From: a virus
Lineage: Duplodnaviria; Caudoviricetes
Direction: 5' to 3' (one strand)
Virus record (IMG/VR): IMGVR_UViG_3300024232_000007
Coordinates: 1-41,701 of that record
DNA: 41,701 bases
Shown here: positions 16,762 through 26,526 of the stretch, one piece after another
Layout of the letters: every line of letters starts with the position of its first letter
Numbering within the stretch: position 1 is the stretch's first letter
Position numbers and translations under genes: made by a program
Notes under the pieces: generated by a model
What the model saw: only the letters and a program-made list of their open reading frames with translations
What the model was told of the DNA's origin: nothing
Database searches by the model: none

Positions 16762-17849
16762 TTGATGAGCGTTCCGGCTTTAGGGTCAGCGCTAAGCTGT
16801 TCGTTGTCGGCCGCAATGAGCGCCCCGCCCCGCGGGTCGACAGAGAATTGCTCGTTATCGGCGAAAATCAGCGTTCCGGCTCGCGGATCAGCATGGATGA
16901 CAAGGGTTGCTCCGATGCTTCCGACGCCTGCCACGCCCATTGACGCAAGGGCGATTGACCCGCTGCCATTTACCGCAAATGAGCCAGTCCCGGCCGAACT
17001 CAACACTCCGAGCGTTATCGTTCCCGAGCCTGTTGGGCCGAATAGCCCTACCCCGGACGGCGTGAGTGCCGCCAGCACAATAGAGCCGATGCCGTTTGTC
17101 CTGAATGAGCCTGCCCCCGATGGGGTGAGCGCTCCGAGCGTTATCGCTCCGGTTCCATCGGTCTCAAATGTCCCAGTTCCGGCCGGCGTCAGCGATCCGA
17201 GCGTAATAGCGCCCGAGCCATTGACGGTGGTGCTCACCAGAAACCCAACGCCTATCCCGGTCCAGTTCTCCGAAGAAGACAAAGTCGCCGCAGCGTTTCC
17301 AGGCGATGCGTTGGCGTTGAGGTTGTACGAGATTCCCGAGCCGAGATGAGTGCCGGACACATACGCAACGTAGCTAGTCGTATCGGCCGTGTAGCTGCCG
17401 CTAGAGCTCATAGTCGCCGAATTGACGCCACTAAGACCGAATCCGCCGACAAATAAATCCGGCGTCACTATCGTCGAATTCCCGGTCGTTGGACTGGTGC
17501 TTCCGCCGCTATTGGTTGCTGCCGTTCCGTCAAGCGAGATCACGCCGCCGCCCGAGTTGAACTCGATAACGGAGATGGAACCGAACGAGCCGTTTTGCGC
17601 TGTGATCGTGAGCGAGCCGCCCGTCGTGACGATCGCGTACCACATCTCTGACGTGACGCCCGTTCCTGCCTTGGATGTGATCTTTGTCCACGTGTTGACG
17701 GTATCTCCGACCGTAGAAAACGTCGTTGCGCCGTTGTTCGCGCCGTTGAGGATCAGCAGGTTGCCAACCGTAACTCCAGTCAGCGTCAGCGCGACATTGC
17801 CCGCGCCAGTGTGGCTGGCCGAACCGCTTTGAACTCTGGTCCATGCCAT
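16758..17849 (-). CDS. Ser/Thr/Gly-rich fibre or decoration protein
   Basis: Five repeats of about 21 aa (G.G.I.LG.LTP.G.G.F) plus three ADP.AG.LI repeats. Confidence 0.65.
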   Translation of the reverse strand: MAWTRVQSGSASHTGAGNVALTLTGVTVGNLLILNGANNGATTFSTVGDTVNTWTKITSKAGTGVTSEMWYAIVTTGGSLTITAQNGSFGSISVIEFNSGGGVISLDGTAATNSGGSTSPTTGNSTIVTPDLFVGGFGLSGVNSATMSSSGSYTADTTSYVAYVSGTHLGSGISYNLNANASPGNAAATLSSSENWTGIGVGFLVSTTVNGSGAITLGSLTPAGTGTFETDGTGAITLGALTPSGAGSFRTNGIGSIVLAALTPSGVGLFGPTGSGTITLGVLSSAGTGSFAVNGSGSIALASMGVAGVGSIGATLVIHADPRAGTLIFADNEQFSVDPRGGALIAADNEQLSADPKAGTLIN

Positions 17850-18205
17850 CAGCTATGGGGTGCAAACCCTGAACCCTGCTTCGCGAAGGCGCTGAAATCG
17901 TGGCCCGTGCTGGCCGCTTTCGTGATCGTTCCATTAACGGATATAGATGCGTTGCCGTAGAACACAGACCACAACGACGACATGTCGCCGACAGCGCTGA
18001 TCATCGTCGCTGCGTCGCCTGCGCTGATCTGAGACCCCCCGGCGGCTGCGGGCAATGCTTGAACGCCAGCCGATCCGTTGGATGCCAGCCACCCGTTGTT
18101 CAGGTCGTTCAGGTCTTCAAGGGCCTGCATGATCTGCTGAAGCCGCGAACCGACGTAGCCGTTGAGGCTTGCGGCGGTCAATAAGCTATTTTGTCCCCAT
18201 GCCAT
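17849..18205 (-). CDS. Hypothetical structural protein
   Basis: Tight coupling within the late operon. Confidence 0.65.
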   Translation of the reverse strand: MAWGQNSLLTAASLNGYVGSRLQQIMQALEDLNDLNNGWLASNGSAGVQALPAAAGGSQISAGDAATMISAVGDMSSLWSVFYGNASISVNGTITKAASTGHDFSAFAKQGSGFAPHS

Positions 18206-18208
18206 TGG

Positions 18209-18505
18209 TCAGCCTCCAAGCACGCCAGCCTTGACGGCGTACGCCACGGCTTGCGAAACGTGTTCTTCCGTTGTGCCGAATTTCGCCGCCAGGTCTGCGA
18301 AGTTTGGGAGTTGCGGAACAGCGATCGCGATCTCTTCCACGCTGGCCTTCTGGTCTTCAGTGAAAACCGAATGGCCATGCTCGGGGTGGCCGGTGTGCGA
18401 CCACGCCAAGAGCGGGTAATCATGAAACGGCGGGTGGGGGTGGTGTCCGCCATGGCACGAACCCTTTCCGGTGCATTTGAGGCCCGATAGCGCGACGTCG
18501 CTCAT
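18209..18505 (-). CDS. His-rich small protein
   Basis: MSDVALSGLKC..CHGGHHPHPPFH..HTGHPEHGH; TGATG coupling at 18505. Confidence 0.65.
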   Translation of the reverse strand: MSDVALSGLKCTGKGSCHGGHHPHPPFHDYPLLAWSHTGHPEHGHSVFTEDQKASVEEIAIAVPQLPNFADLAAKFGTTEEHVSQAVAYAVKAGVLGG

Positions 18506-18903
18506 CAGTTGTCGCCTTCCGTATAGGTTAATGACGTGACACCCACGGTCCCTCCCGAGCTGATCGTGGACGGGAACGAGAGGTCGCCCGACGATACGCC
18601 AGCCGAGCCTTGAACCTGTGTGTGAGTGCCGTCGTCGGTGGCGCCGTCGATGATCCGGTAATAGCCTGGGGTGCCTGACGCGGCGGCTGTGGCGCTCGTG
18701 ATCGCGTTGGCGGTCAGAACGCCTGCCGACGATGTTCCGAACGTCGCCGAGCAAGGCAGCGTGACCAAAAGCGTTCCGGTCGGGCTGGCCGTTTTGGACG
18801 GCGCAGAGCCGGTATAGACCTTGATGTTGCCGGACGCGCCGATCGATGTGCTGATCGCGCCGACGATCGTGGTACGGATCGAGTCTTTGAGGTTGGTTGC
18901 CAT
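18505..18903 (-). CDS. Small virion structural protein
   Basis: IKVYTGSAP..GTLLVTL..A.ASGT.GYYRI motif, common in phage structural proteins. Confidence 0.7.
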   Translation of the reverse strand: MATNLKDSIRTTIVGAISTSIGASGNIKVYTGSAPSKTASPTGTLLVTLPCSATFGTSSAGVLTANAITSATAAASGTPGYYRIIDGATDDGTHTQVQGSAGVSSGDLSFPSTISSGGTVGVTSLTYTEGDN

Positions 18904-18950
18904 TCAGCCGCCTTATAGTGATAGGCCGGTTGCGGTCCCGGCCCCCGTGA

Positions 18951-19718
18951 TTACGGCTGAATGTAATCCAGCACCAAGAACCCGACGAGGCCCGTCGTAT
19001 CAGCCGAACCCGTGATGGTTACGGCCTGCGTGCCAGTCAGCGCCACGACAAGATTCGAGATACCCGATTCCGCCGCGGTTGCCGCGATAATCTGAGTCGT
19101 GATCGAATCAATATCCTTGATCGCAGTGCCAACCGCCGTTGCGGGGATGAGGTTGGTCGCGGACGTGGTTTTGTTGGCTGCGACGCCAACCGAGAGGTTG
19201 GCCGCGCCTGTGGAAAACGTGGTCGTCACCACGACGGCCCGCGTGATGTGGATCGGAGCGCCTTGAGGGGGCGCCCATGAGCCCACAGCGCCGCCGGCTG
19301 TGGCTGGGACGCCAGTGAACGGAATGATTTTCGTTCGCTTGGTGTTGTTGGTCGCCGAGATCGTGACGGCGTTCGTTTGGTTGCCGGTGAACTGAAGCCG
19401 GTAGTATGCCCACTGGCTTGTCAGCCCATACATACTCTGAGGCGTCCAGCCACCGCCGCCATTGGTCCCCATGTAATTGGAGAGCTCGAAACCATGGAAA
19501 TAGGTGCCACCATCGGCCATGCCGAACGTGCGCCGGTCGATGTTGTACCACGTCACGTTGTCAAGCGAGCCTTGCAGCATCACGAGCGTCGGCTCGGTGG
19601 TTGCCGGGGTTGCGTTGACCGCTTTGACGTTCAAGATATCGCCGTTGTCCCATTCGAACACTGAACTGGTGGTCGATGCCGCTGCGGCTTGGGACGTCGA
19701 AGCTAACAGGGTACCCAT
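18951..19718 (-). CDS. Putative head decoration protein (two beta domains)
   Basis: Directly after the MCP; LQGSLDNVTWY and YYRLQFT motifs. Confidence 0.6.
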   Translation of the reverse strand: MGTLLASTSQAAAASTTSSVFEWDNGDILNVKAVNATPATTEPTLVMLQGSLDNVTWYNIDRRTFGMADGGTYFHGFELSNYMGTNGGGGWTPQSMYGLTSQWAYYRLQFTGNQTNAVTISATNNTKRTKIIPFTGVPATAGGAVGSWAPPQGAPIHITRAVVVTTTFSTGAANLSVGVAANKTTSATNLIPATAVGTAIKDIDSITTQIIAATAAESGISNLVVALTGTQAVTITGSADTTGLVGFLVLDYIQP

Positions 19719-19746
19719 GATCCGTTTCCTTTCTGATCCTAACGGA

Positions 19747-20946
19747 TCAAGAGTTAATCATGACGCCAAAGTCAGGGCGGATAACCTTGACCGCCATCCC
19801 GTAATCCATCGTCAGTAGCCAGCCGTCTTTCAGGTGCTGGTAGGACAGCATCACCCTGACCGGGAATCCGATCGGGCCAAGCTTGACTAGACGGCTTTGC
19901 GTGCCTTCATTGTTCACGAGAGGCAAAGGCCGAACGGCCAACGCGATTGCAAAGCGGTGCATCGCTACGCCCGTGTAGGTAACGCGGGTGTAGGTGTTGC
20001 CGCTGGTCAGAGAGCCCGTGTAAGGGGTTGCCAGTGTGAGCGCCGTATCGCTCGTGACGGACTGGACCGGGTACGAAACCGTATCCGCTCCGAACGTCAG
20101 CCACACCGTGTTGCCAGGTGCGGGAGGCGTCGTGCTGGGCACGGCCGCAACCTCGCTGAGAAACTTGGTTGACGAGCCAGTGACGGCAGTCGAGCCATTT
20201 GCCACCGTAACGGTTCCGGTCCGGTTCGTGCTGGTACCGGTCGGCGCCTGAACATCGTGGCGACGCTTGAAACGGAACGCGCCGTTAGCCATCCCGCCAG
20301 CGTCATTTTGACGAGCATCTTCGGCGATTCGAGCGCCGACGATGTTTTCCGCGGCCCACGCCGGGTCAGTCAGCGTGTTGGCGTGCACGTCCGGGTGGTA
20401 CAGGATCGTTGCATCCTGTGGACCCCTGATCGGCACCTTGTTGCGCACCAAGACATTCCAGGCCAGTCGAGCGCTACCCACGTCCAGCTCAGCCGGGACC
20501 GTGGTGATTGGTGCGTAGCTCGCCACCGCCGGCGCGGTTGCGGTTGCGGGGAAGTTCGTGGAGTTGACCTGGGCGAAGATTTGCCCGTTGCCATACTCCA
20601 TGGCCCGCTTGTACATCGGATCAATGAACTGATCCATGATGTTGGTTGACGTGAGCCATTGCTCAAAGCTGCGGATCAGAATCCCCTTGCCAGGGCGCTG
20701 CCCGAATGGCACGTCCAGCAGGGTCGCGGAAGCGTCGTCAGGAACCCAGTCGTTAGCCTCTTGGTCCTGAAAAGCGCTCACGTCCGGAAAGTTGATCCGG
20801 ATCGTTTGGCCGATCGAAGCAACTTCGGGTTTCAGGTCGAGCATGACCGCATCAAGCGCGCCCAGCTCGCCAACTTTCGCTTTGTTGTACTCGCCGTTTT
20901 CAGCGCTCAGACGCTGAAAGAAGGCATTCACTTGATTGGCAGACAT
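19747..20946 (-). CDS. Major capsid protein (P22-coat-like) with an inserted beta domain
   Basis: GQTIRINFP, MHRFAIALAVRPL and MDYGMAVKVIRPDF motifs; follows the scaffold gene. Confidence 0.85.
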   Translation of the reverse strand: MSANQVNAFFQRLSAENGEYNKAKVGELGALDAVMLDLKPEVASIGQTIRINFPDVSAFQDQEANDWVPDDASATLLDVPFGQRPGKGILIRSFEQWLTSTNIMDQFIDPMYKRAMEYGNGQIFAQVNSTNFPATATAPAVASYAPITTVPAELDVGSARLAWNVLVRNKVPIRGPQDATILYHPDVHANTLTDPAWAAENIVGARIAEDARQNDAGGMANGAFRFKRRHDVQAPTGTSTNRTGTVTVANGSTAVTGSSTKFLSEVAAVPSTTPPAPGNTVWLTFGADTVSYPVQSVTSDTALTLATPYTGSLTSGNTYTRVTYTGVAMHRFAIALAVRPLPLVNNEGTQSRLVKLGPIGFPVRVMLSYQHLKDGWLLTMDYGMAVKVIRPDFGVMINS

Positions 20947-20947
20947 G

Positions 20948-20969
20948 GGTGACCTTTGTTCTGGTCACC
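20948..20969 (-). promoter_or_regulatory. Hairpin occluding the MCP ribosome-binding site
   Basis: GGTGACC-agaacaaa-GGTCACC ends 1 nt before the ATG. Confidence 0.5.
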
Positions 20970-21066
20970 AAGCTCTCGCGAGCCTCGTACGGCCTGGATA
21001 CCGAACGGAGAAAGACGTGATCAGAAGCCACAGTTTCCAGCGTGGCCTACCGGGCGAGCCGGCGAA

Positions 21067-21675
21067 TCAGACTGCGCCATCAAGGATTCCGCGTTCCATG
21101 TTCGACCGCGATGCCGCTGCGATCTTATCGGCGTTCTCCCACTGCCAAGAGGCATCCGACCACTTCGGATCGCCCGGCGGCGGAAGCTGAAAGCCTGTGC
21201 TGTTCTGGGTCTTGCGCTGGCCACTTCCGTTGACCGCCCTGCGGGTCGGCTCTTCGGTCGTCTCAGTCTTGGTTTCGCCGATCAGGAACCCGAGAGCCTC
21301 TTTCTTGCTGTCCACGAACGCCCCGATTTCGTCGGGGTCCGGTTCGCCTTGCGCCTCGTACTCTGATAGCTTATAGAACGCGTCAAGAGCCTCTTTCTTG
21401 AACCCGGCCGCGAGCGCCTTTTCGTCCAACACCTTGCGATGCTCGATCGTGGCCAGCTTTGCTTTGAGCGTCGCGTTCTCCTTGACGATCGCGGAACTGT
21501 CGGTCTTAACCTTGATATCGCCGAGTTCCTTTGCCGCCTTGTCGCGCTCCGATCGGGCGGTATCGCGCTCGCTGGTTGCTGTCACCAGCGCGTCCTTTAG
21601 CTTGCGAATCTGGTACATATACTTGGACACATCAACGCCTGCGGTCTCTCGGATTACTGCAATTCCTTCACTCAT
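21067..21675 (-). CDS. Capsid scaffolding protein
   Basis: Charged coiled coil directly upstream of the MCP. Confidence 0.7.
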   Translation of the reverse strand: MSEGIAVIRETAGVDVSKYMYQIRKLKDALVTATSERDTARSERDKAAKELGDIKVKTDSSAIVKENATLKAKLATIEHRKVLDEKALAAGFKKEALDAFYKLSEYEAQGEPDPDEIGAFVDSKKEALGFLIGETKTETTEEPTRRAVNGSGQRKTQNSTGFQLPPPGDPKWSDASWQWENADKIAAASRSNMERGILDGAV

Positions 21676-21875
21676 GACCCCACCTTTGCCGCTTCAGCCG
21701 CGGCCTTTTGCTGGGCGATCTGGGCGCAACGCTTACATGTGTGCCCTTCGTCGCGGTCCTCCCAATTCTCAACGATCGCCACCGCTGGCTTGGTTGGCGA
21801 TGAAAATGTGTGCGACTCTTCCTTGCAGTCGTCGCACTCAAGACCCCACAGGCGCTCGCCTTTTTGGACTATCAT
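21672..21875 (-). CDS. Small Zn-finger protein
   Basis: CDDC..HTCKRC; ATGA overlaps. Confidence 0.65.
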   Translation of the reverse strand: MIVQKGERLWGLECDDCKEESHTFSSPTKPAVAIVENWEDRDEGHTCKRCAQIAQQKAAAEAAKVGS

Positions 21876-22264
21876 ACCATCTCCTCTTCTCCCGATTCCG
21901 GCTCGGGCGGCGGCTGTGGCAGCTTCGAGAGTGCGTCCACGATCGGCTTGACGGCATCGGAGGTTAGCTTGTGCTCAGGATGCGTGGCGCCCGGATCAAC
22001 GGTTGGCTTCGGGCTCGGCACGAACTTCTGCCCACCGCAGACGTGCACGACTTCCTTGCCGTTGATGATTTCGCCACTAGCTCGCCAGTCCTTGACGCCC
22101 AAGTGGGCATGCGCCCGCAGCATATCGGCCGCACTTTCAGCCTCTTGGAACGCAGCTTCAACAGCCGGGTCTTTCTTCTTGGGCCGTCCGCGGAATGGCT
22201 TTTTTGGCGGGTCCGGCACTGGAGCATCCGGCGCTTTCGGGTCGGCTTTGGGATCAGGCATCAC
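21872..22264 (-). CDS. Pro/Lys-rich hypothetical protein
   Basis: Coupled to the portal stop; RGRPKK AT-hook-like motif. Confidence 0.6.
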   Translation of the reverse strand: MMPDPKADPKAPDAPVPDPPKKPFRGRPKKKDPAVEAAFQEAESAADMLRAHAHLGVKDWRASGEIINGKEVVHVCGGQKFVPSPKPTVDPGATHPEHKLTSDAVKPIVDALSKLPQPPPEPESGEEEMV

Positions 22265-23811
22265 GATTCCCCTTTCTTGGCTTCGGTGAGTTCAAGGTTC
22301 CGCTCGTGCTCCGCTTCTGCGTCAGCCTTGGGATCTGGCATCGCGTTGGCCGCTGCCATCTCCGGATACAGCTTGGCCAGTTCTTCCGCGTCCTCTTTGA
22401 TCTGTTTGGCGATCTCGAGGGCCTCGTCGCGCCCGACGTTGTACGTCTTCATGATCAGCATGATGTGCGAACTGACGCCCTGTTGAACCTTCTGCAACTC
22501 GAGGTCGAACAGATCCTGCGTCATCACCGCCAGTTGCGGCGTTGGCCACGCAAGAGCGTGATCACCCGTTTCCGCGGCCTTGAGGAGTGCGGGCTTCCCG
22601 TAGTGGTTGCCGGCACAGGTCAGAGTGCGCTTGCCAAGATCGCACTCGTAGACTTTGAACGTTGATCGTCGGCCCTCCGCACGCTTCAGCAGGGGCTCTT
22701 GTTCGACCATGAGCGCGATACCGCTGGCAACGCCCATTTGTTCCATCCGGATCGACGAGAGAGGCAGCCCGACGGCCTCCATGGAGAGCCGATCATATTT
22801 GTCGAGGTCATCCCAGCAGCCAGCAACGTCAATGTGCATTTCAAGCTGGCCGATCTCCACATGATCGCCTGGTTGATAGCCTTGGTCGGTGAACTGGCCT
22901 TGCTCGCGTGGGAGCCGCAGAAACCGCAGCGGGCCTTTGATGATCTTGAGGTTCTCGTCAGCACCTTTGACCCAAGGCAGCGGGTTCATGTGCTTGTCGA
23001 TCGATTCGTCGGTCTTCATCAGCCGGTTGTCGATCGCGATTTCGGCCGTCACCAGAAAGTTGCCGGGCGCCTTGACGGAGTGGAACCCGTTCACAGGCAG
23101 ATCGTAGTGGATGAACGTGAAGGGGAGGCACCCGTAATCGTGCGTCTTTCTCGTCTTGAGCTCTGCCGCCGTTCCGCCGCTGGTGGGCCTACCACCCTTC
23201 AGGCCTGGCTGTTGCAGCTTCGTCAGGAACGTCCAAACTTCGGTATCGCTCCACAGCCGGTACCGGACCTGCGTATCGTACATGTCCTTGACGCAAACCG
23301 CTTCGACAACGCGGTCATCGTCGGGGCTTGTCCACGCCCAAAAGTTCTGTTGTTCCCACAGCCGGTAGGTGATCGGCTTGACCGCGTAATCGCTGAGCGG
23401 GCTACCTTCTTCGTCGTATCCGAGCGTTGCATCGCCTGCATCGATCTGGATGGCGATCACGGTGTTGAGTGTGCTGAGCTTGTCAGCTTCAAGCATCAGG
23501 GCATTGATATGATTTTGGCGGTAAACGCCTTGGAGAAATTCATCGCCAGACGGCTCACTCCACTTTCGGCTAGGGCCTGGCTGATAAAGATTCGCACACA
23601 GTTTATCGATGCATTTCCGCAGGAATCCGGATTGGCGATGGCTTCGCTCATGCCAATCTTCCCAGGATTCGGAGTCGCGACGAAAGTATTTGTTATATTT
23701 CTTGCCGTCATAGTCGTAAAAGTCCTTGCGCTCTCGGGCGCGGTCCATTGCCTCCGTTTCGCCTTCCAGCCCGGTTTCGACTTCCTCCCGGTATTTGTTG
23801 AGGTCGATCAT
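22261..23811 (-). CDS. Portal protein (SPP1-like)
   Basis: 516 aa after TerL; HDYGCLPFT and ASGIAL motifs. Confidence 0.85.
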   Translation of the reverse strand: MIDLNKYREEVETGLEGETEAMDRARERKDFYDYDGKKYNKYFRRDSESWEDWHERSHRQSGFLRKCIDKLCANLYQPGPSRKWSEPSGDEFLQGVYRQNHINALMLEADKLSTLNTVIAIQIDAGDATLGYDEEGSPLSDYAVKPITYRLWEQQNFWAWTSPDDDRVVEAVCVKDMYDTQVRYRLWSDTEVWTFLTKLQQPGLKGGRPTSGGTAAELKTRKTHDYGCLPFTFIHYDLPVNGFHSVKAPGNFLVTAEIAIDNRLMKTDESIDKHMNPLPWVKGADENLKIIKGPLRFLRLPREQGQFTDQGYQPGDHVEIGQLEMHIDVAGCWDDLDKYDRLSMEAVGLPLSSIRMEQMGVASGIALMVEQEPLLKRAEGRRSTFKVYECDLGKRTLTCAGNHYGKPALLKAAETGDHALAWPTPQLAVMTQDLFDLELQKVQQGVSSHIMLIMKTYNVGRDEALEIAKQIKEDAEELAKLYPEMAAANAMPDPKADAEAEHERNLELTEAKKGES

Positions 23812-25274
23812 TAAAACGCGAACGACTGAATCAATGCATCACACACGTCGGGGCTATACCCTAGCGCGTCAACCCAGTCCTGTTTGCTCAGAAGGCACGT
23901 GGTTGGCCCGATAAGCTCGTACGTCAAATGCCTGACCGATTCCCTTAGCCGCTCTTGATAAGCCCCAGGGCAGAAGCTGAACGGCTCCTGAGTGCTGTGC
24001 GGCGCTCTCATGTCTGGAATGTGCTCGGGGTCAAGCCGGCAACGCAGCTTCCAGGCAGCTTCGGATCGCAGATTCTGGAATGATCGGTCCCGTGGATGGC
24101 CACTGCCTGCGTAGGGCCGTGCTTTCTCTAGGCCATAGCGGCGAAGGTGATTGTGGAAGTTCCGGCCGATGCCAAGCACGTCGTAACTCATGCGTTCTGC
24201 GGGGATATTCCACTTTTGGCCGATTCGTTGCATCTGGGCTGCGGCTTCGGGGAGGCCGAGAGTGGGGCCGCAAACCACTTCTCGTAAGCCCAAATTGTCT
24301 CGCACCAGAATGCAACTGGAGTCCCGTCCAACTCCTTCTGAGAGATCAACAGATAGTCGTCTAGTGCCATGGATTGGATGGTTCCCGGCAAGAACTTTTG
24401 GCTGTACCGAGAATGCGTAATCGAGCCACGTGAGTGGTACCAGCACATCAGCGGAAATTGCAGGGATTTCTGCGAGCACGTGCGACTTGTACCAGAGGGA
24501 GTTTTTGCCGTACTTGCGCTCAACGGAGTCAATCCAGGTCTTGTCAGCTAAGCCGACGGGCGACTTTTCGAGCCCGGCATGGGGTGAATCGGTAGAAGGC
24601 ACCCGTATTGCGTTGACTGCGAGCCGCTTAGGAACCCCATCGGATTTGTCCTTCTCGGCTTGCCGTACGAGGTCAACAAAACGGCCTTCCGCCCGAATGG
24701 GATTTCCGATGACGACGAGCCGTTCATATCCAAGAGACTCGATAGCATCCCAGATCTCGTCTTCAACTCCTGAAGCCTCTTCAACGATGACGAGCAGGTT
24801 TTCGCTATGCTGTCCGGACGCTCGCTCAACCGACGTCGTAGAGTATCCCAAGGCTCCCCATCCATTCTCGTCAAGCTCCACCTGGAGAGGACTTGATTTC
24901 GCCCCAAGAGTAATCCGAGATCCCAGCGGTATCGGCGCGCTCTTGGCCGCTCGGCGAATCTCTTTCCACGTGACCGTGCCAAGGGTCGTTTGGGTCGGCC
25001 CGGTAATGATGACCAGCGAATCGGCTCGGGTCTGCGTCCACCAGTGCGGGATACAGCCGACAACGTAATCCTTCCCGACCATGTTGCCCGAGTAAACAAC
25101 CGTAACCCGATATTCAGCAATACTTTTACATATTTCGTTCTGATACTGCCGAGTTTCGGGGTTCGGATCGAATGGCGGGCGATCGAGAAACAGGTCATTG
25201 AATAAAGACGGATCGTCGATGCACGCTTCGAGCCCGTCAATGACTTCCTCAATCCATTCATCCGTTACCTGCAT
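23811..25274 (-). CDS. terL: Terminase large subunit
   Basis: Walker A SGNMVGKD, Walker B VIVEEA, IGNP, nuclease VDLSEGVGRD and SPDVCDAL. Confidence 0.93.
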   Translation of the reverse strand: MQVTDEWIEEVIDGLEACIDDPSLFNDLFLDRPPFDPNPETRQYQNEICKSIAEYRVTVVYSGNMVGKDYVVGCIPHWWTQTRADSLVIITGPTQTTLGTVTWKEIRRAAKSAPIPLGSRITLGAKSSPLQVELDENGWGALGYSTTSVERASGQHSENLLVIVEEASGVEDEIWDAIESLGYERLVVIGNPIRAEGRFVDLVRQAEKDKSDGVPKRLAVNAIRVPSTDSPHAGLEKSPVGLADKTWIDSVERKYGKNSLWYKSHVLAEIPAISADVLVPLTWLDYAFSVQPKVLAGNHPIHGTRRLSVDLSEGVGRDSSCILVRDNLGLREVVCGPTLGLPEAAAQMQRIGQKWNIPAERMSYDVLGIGRNFHNHLRRYGLEKARPYAGSGHPRDRSFQNLRSEAAWKLRCRLDPEHIPDMRAPHSTQEPFSFCPGAYQERLRESVRHLTYELIGPTTCLLSKQDWVDALGYSPDVCDALIQSFAF

Positions 25275-25785
25275 TCTTGCGTTTGGCCAGCCGCTCTTTT
25301 AGCTTGCGGCTGAATTCCTTGAGTTCGAGGGGCGGCTTGGGATCTTTATCCCACAGGCCGTGGTAATCACCGAGCTTAACGAGCGCGGGAAATGGGTCTC
25401 TGACTTCCAGGTCGGTCGTCTCCGTCTCGGTATCTTCGCTGACGGTTCTGGTGACTTTGAGCTTGCGGATAAGCCGGGTTCGCTTGCGCCGTGACAGGCG
25501 CAATCGGTAGGTTCCGTCCTCTTTGATATCAAGGAATTCCCCGATATCTGCCGTCGCGATTTCAGCCACACGAGCAAGGATTTCGTCGCTCGACATGGCG
25601 ACTGTTTTGAGCTTACATTCAACGGCTGTTCGGATTGAAGTTTTTTGAAGGAGCTGATATCCAAGCTGCCCAGGGTTCGCGTAGCCAGCACACCTTGCTG
25701 CCTCGCTGGCGTTTCCGTTGGCTTCTCCGAGATAAGCGTCAATGAACAGCCGTTGCTTGTAGGTAAGTTTTCGCACACTTAACAA
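25258..25785 (-). CDS. terS: Terminase small subunit
   Basis: LTYKQRLFIDAYL..NASEAARCAGY motif. Confidence 0.9.
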   Translation of the reverse strand: MLSVRKLTYKQRLFIDAYLGEANGNASEAARCAGYANPGQLGYQLLQKTSIRTAVECKLKTVAMSSDEILARVAEIATADIGEFLDIKEDGTYRLRLSRRKRTRLIRKLKVTRTVSEDTETETTDLEVRDPFPALVKLGDYHGLWDKDPKPPLELKEFSRKLKERLAKRKNAGNG

Positions 25786-25973
25786 GCTGCCCCGGAAATC
25801 GGGTTAACAAGATCGTCCGTGAACCAAACTGAGACCACTGGGCCACTGTAAAACCCTTTAATTTCTAGGCTCATTGCACTTGCCGCCCTGGCTTCGACTC
25901 CCAGTTGCTTGCGCGCTTCATTGAGGCGTCGCCACTTGACCGCCTGCCGTCGGCGTTTCTGGGGGAATATCAA
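25779..25973 (-). CDS. Hypothetical protein
   Basis: Coupled ORF. Confidence 0.45.
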   Translation of the reverse strand: MIFPQKRRRQAVKWRRLNEARKQLGVEARAASAMSLEIKGFYSGPVVSVWFTDDLVNPISGAAC

Positions 25974-26320
25974 GTGTCTTCAGTCCCCATCGCTGCCGCC
26001 ACCTGCTTATTAACCATCGCTGTAAGCTCTGGATTCAGCACGCTCTTTGGTGTCACCTTTTCGACACCTAAAGCCCTGAAAACATGCTCTAGGTTGTTGA
26101 TGATCGCAGCCAATTGCGGGCTTAGCGGCGTCGGCGGAATGAGCTGGATGGTAAACCCTGAATTCTTCGCCGACTCCAAGAACAGCACCATTGCGTCGTC
26201 GTTCACGTCGAGTTGGCGTGTGCGGGATTTGAGGCTTTCGAGTTCGGCCACCAGTTCATGGTGAACTACTCGAAGTTCGTCTTTGCTCCACTCTGATACA
26301 GGCTTATCGCGCCAGCTCAC
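25970..26320 (-). CDS. Hypothetical protein
   Basis: GTGA coupling at 26317-26320. Confidence 0.6.
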   Translation of the reverse strand: MSWRDKPVSEWSKDELRVVHHELVAELESLKSRTRQLDVNDDAMVLFLESAKNSGFTIQLIPPTPLSPQLAAIINNLEHVFRALGVEKVTPKSVLNPELTAMVNKQVAAAMGTEDT

Positions 26321-26526
26321 TCTTCCCCCGCCTTCATCGCCCGATCGCAAACCTGATACTCGATATCCTTCGCCTCGCAGTACGCCCATGACGTCGAGAA
26401 GCCAGCCTGCTCAAACTTCTTCTGCTTGGCCAATCCCGAGCCATCACCATCAGCCTGGCTGCATGCGTCAGCGATCCGCTCGGCCATGATCTTCGACAGT
26501 TCGGCGATTACTGCGGCGGGGTTCAC
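26317..26526 (-). CDS. Hypothetical protein
   Basis: GTGA coupling at both ends. Confidence 0.6.
   Translation of the reverse strand: MNPAAVIAELSKIMAERIADACSQADGDGSGLAKQKKFEQAGFSTSWAYCEAKDIEYQVCDRAMKAGEE

Noticed and set aside
22699-23814. 371-aa plus-strand ORF
   Set aside because: Antisense shadow of the portal gene in GC-rich DNA; no motifs.
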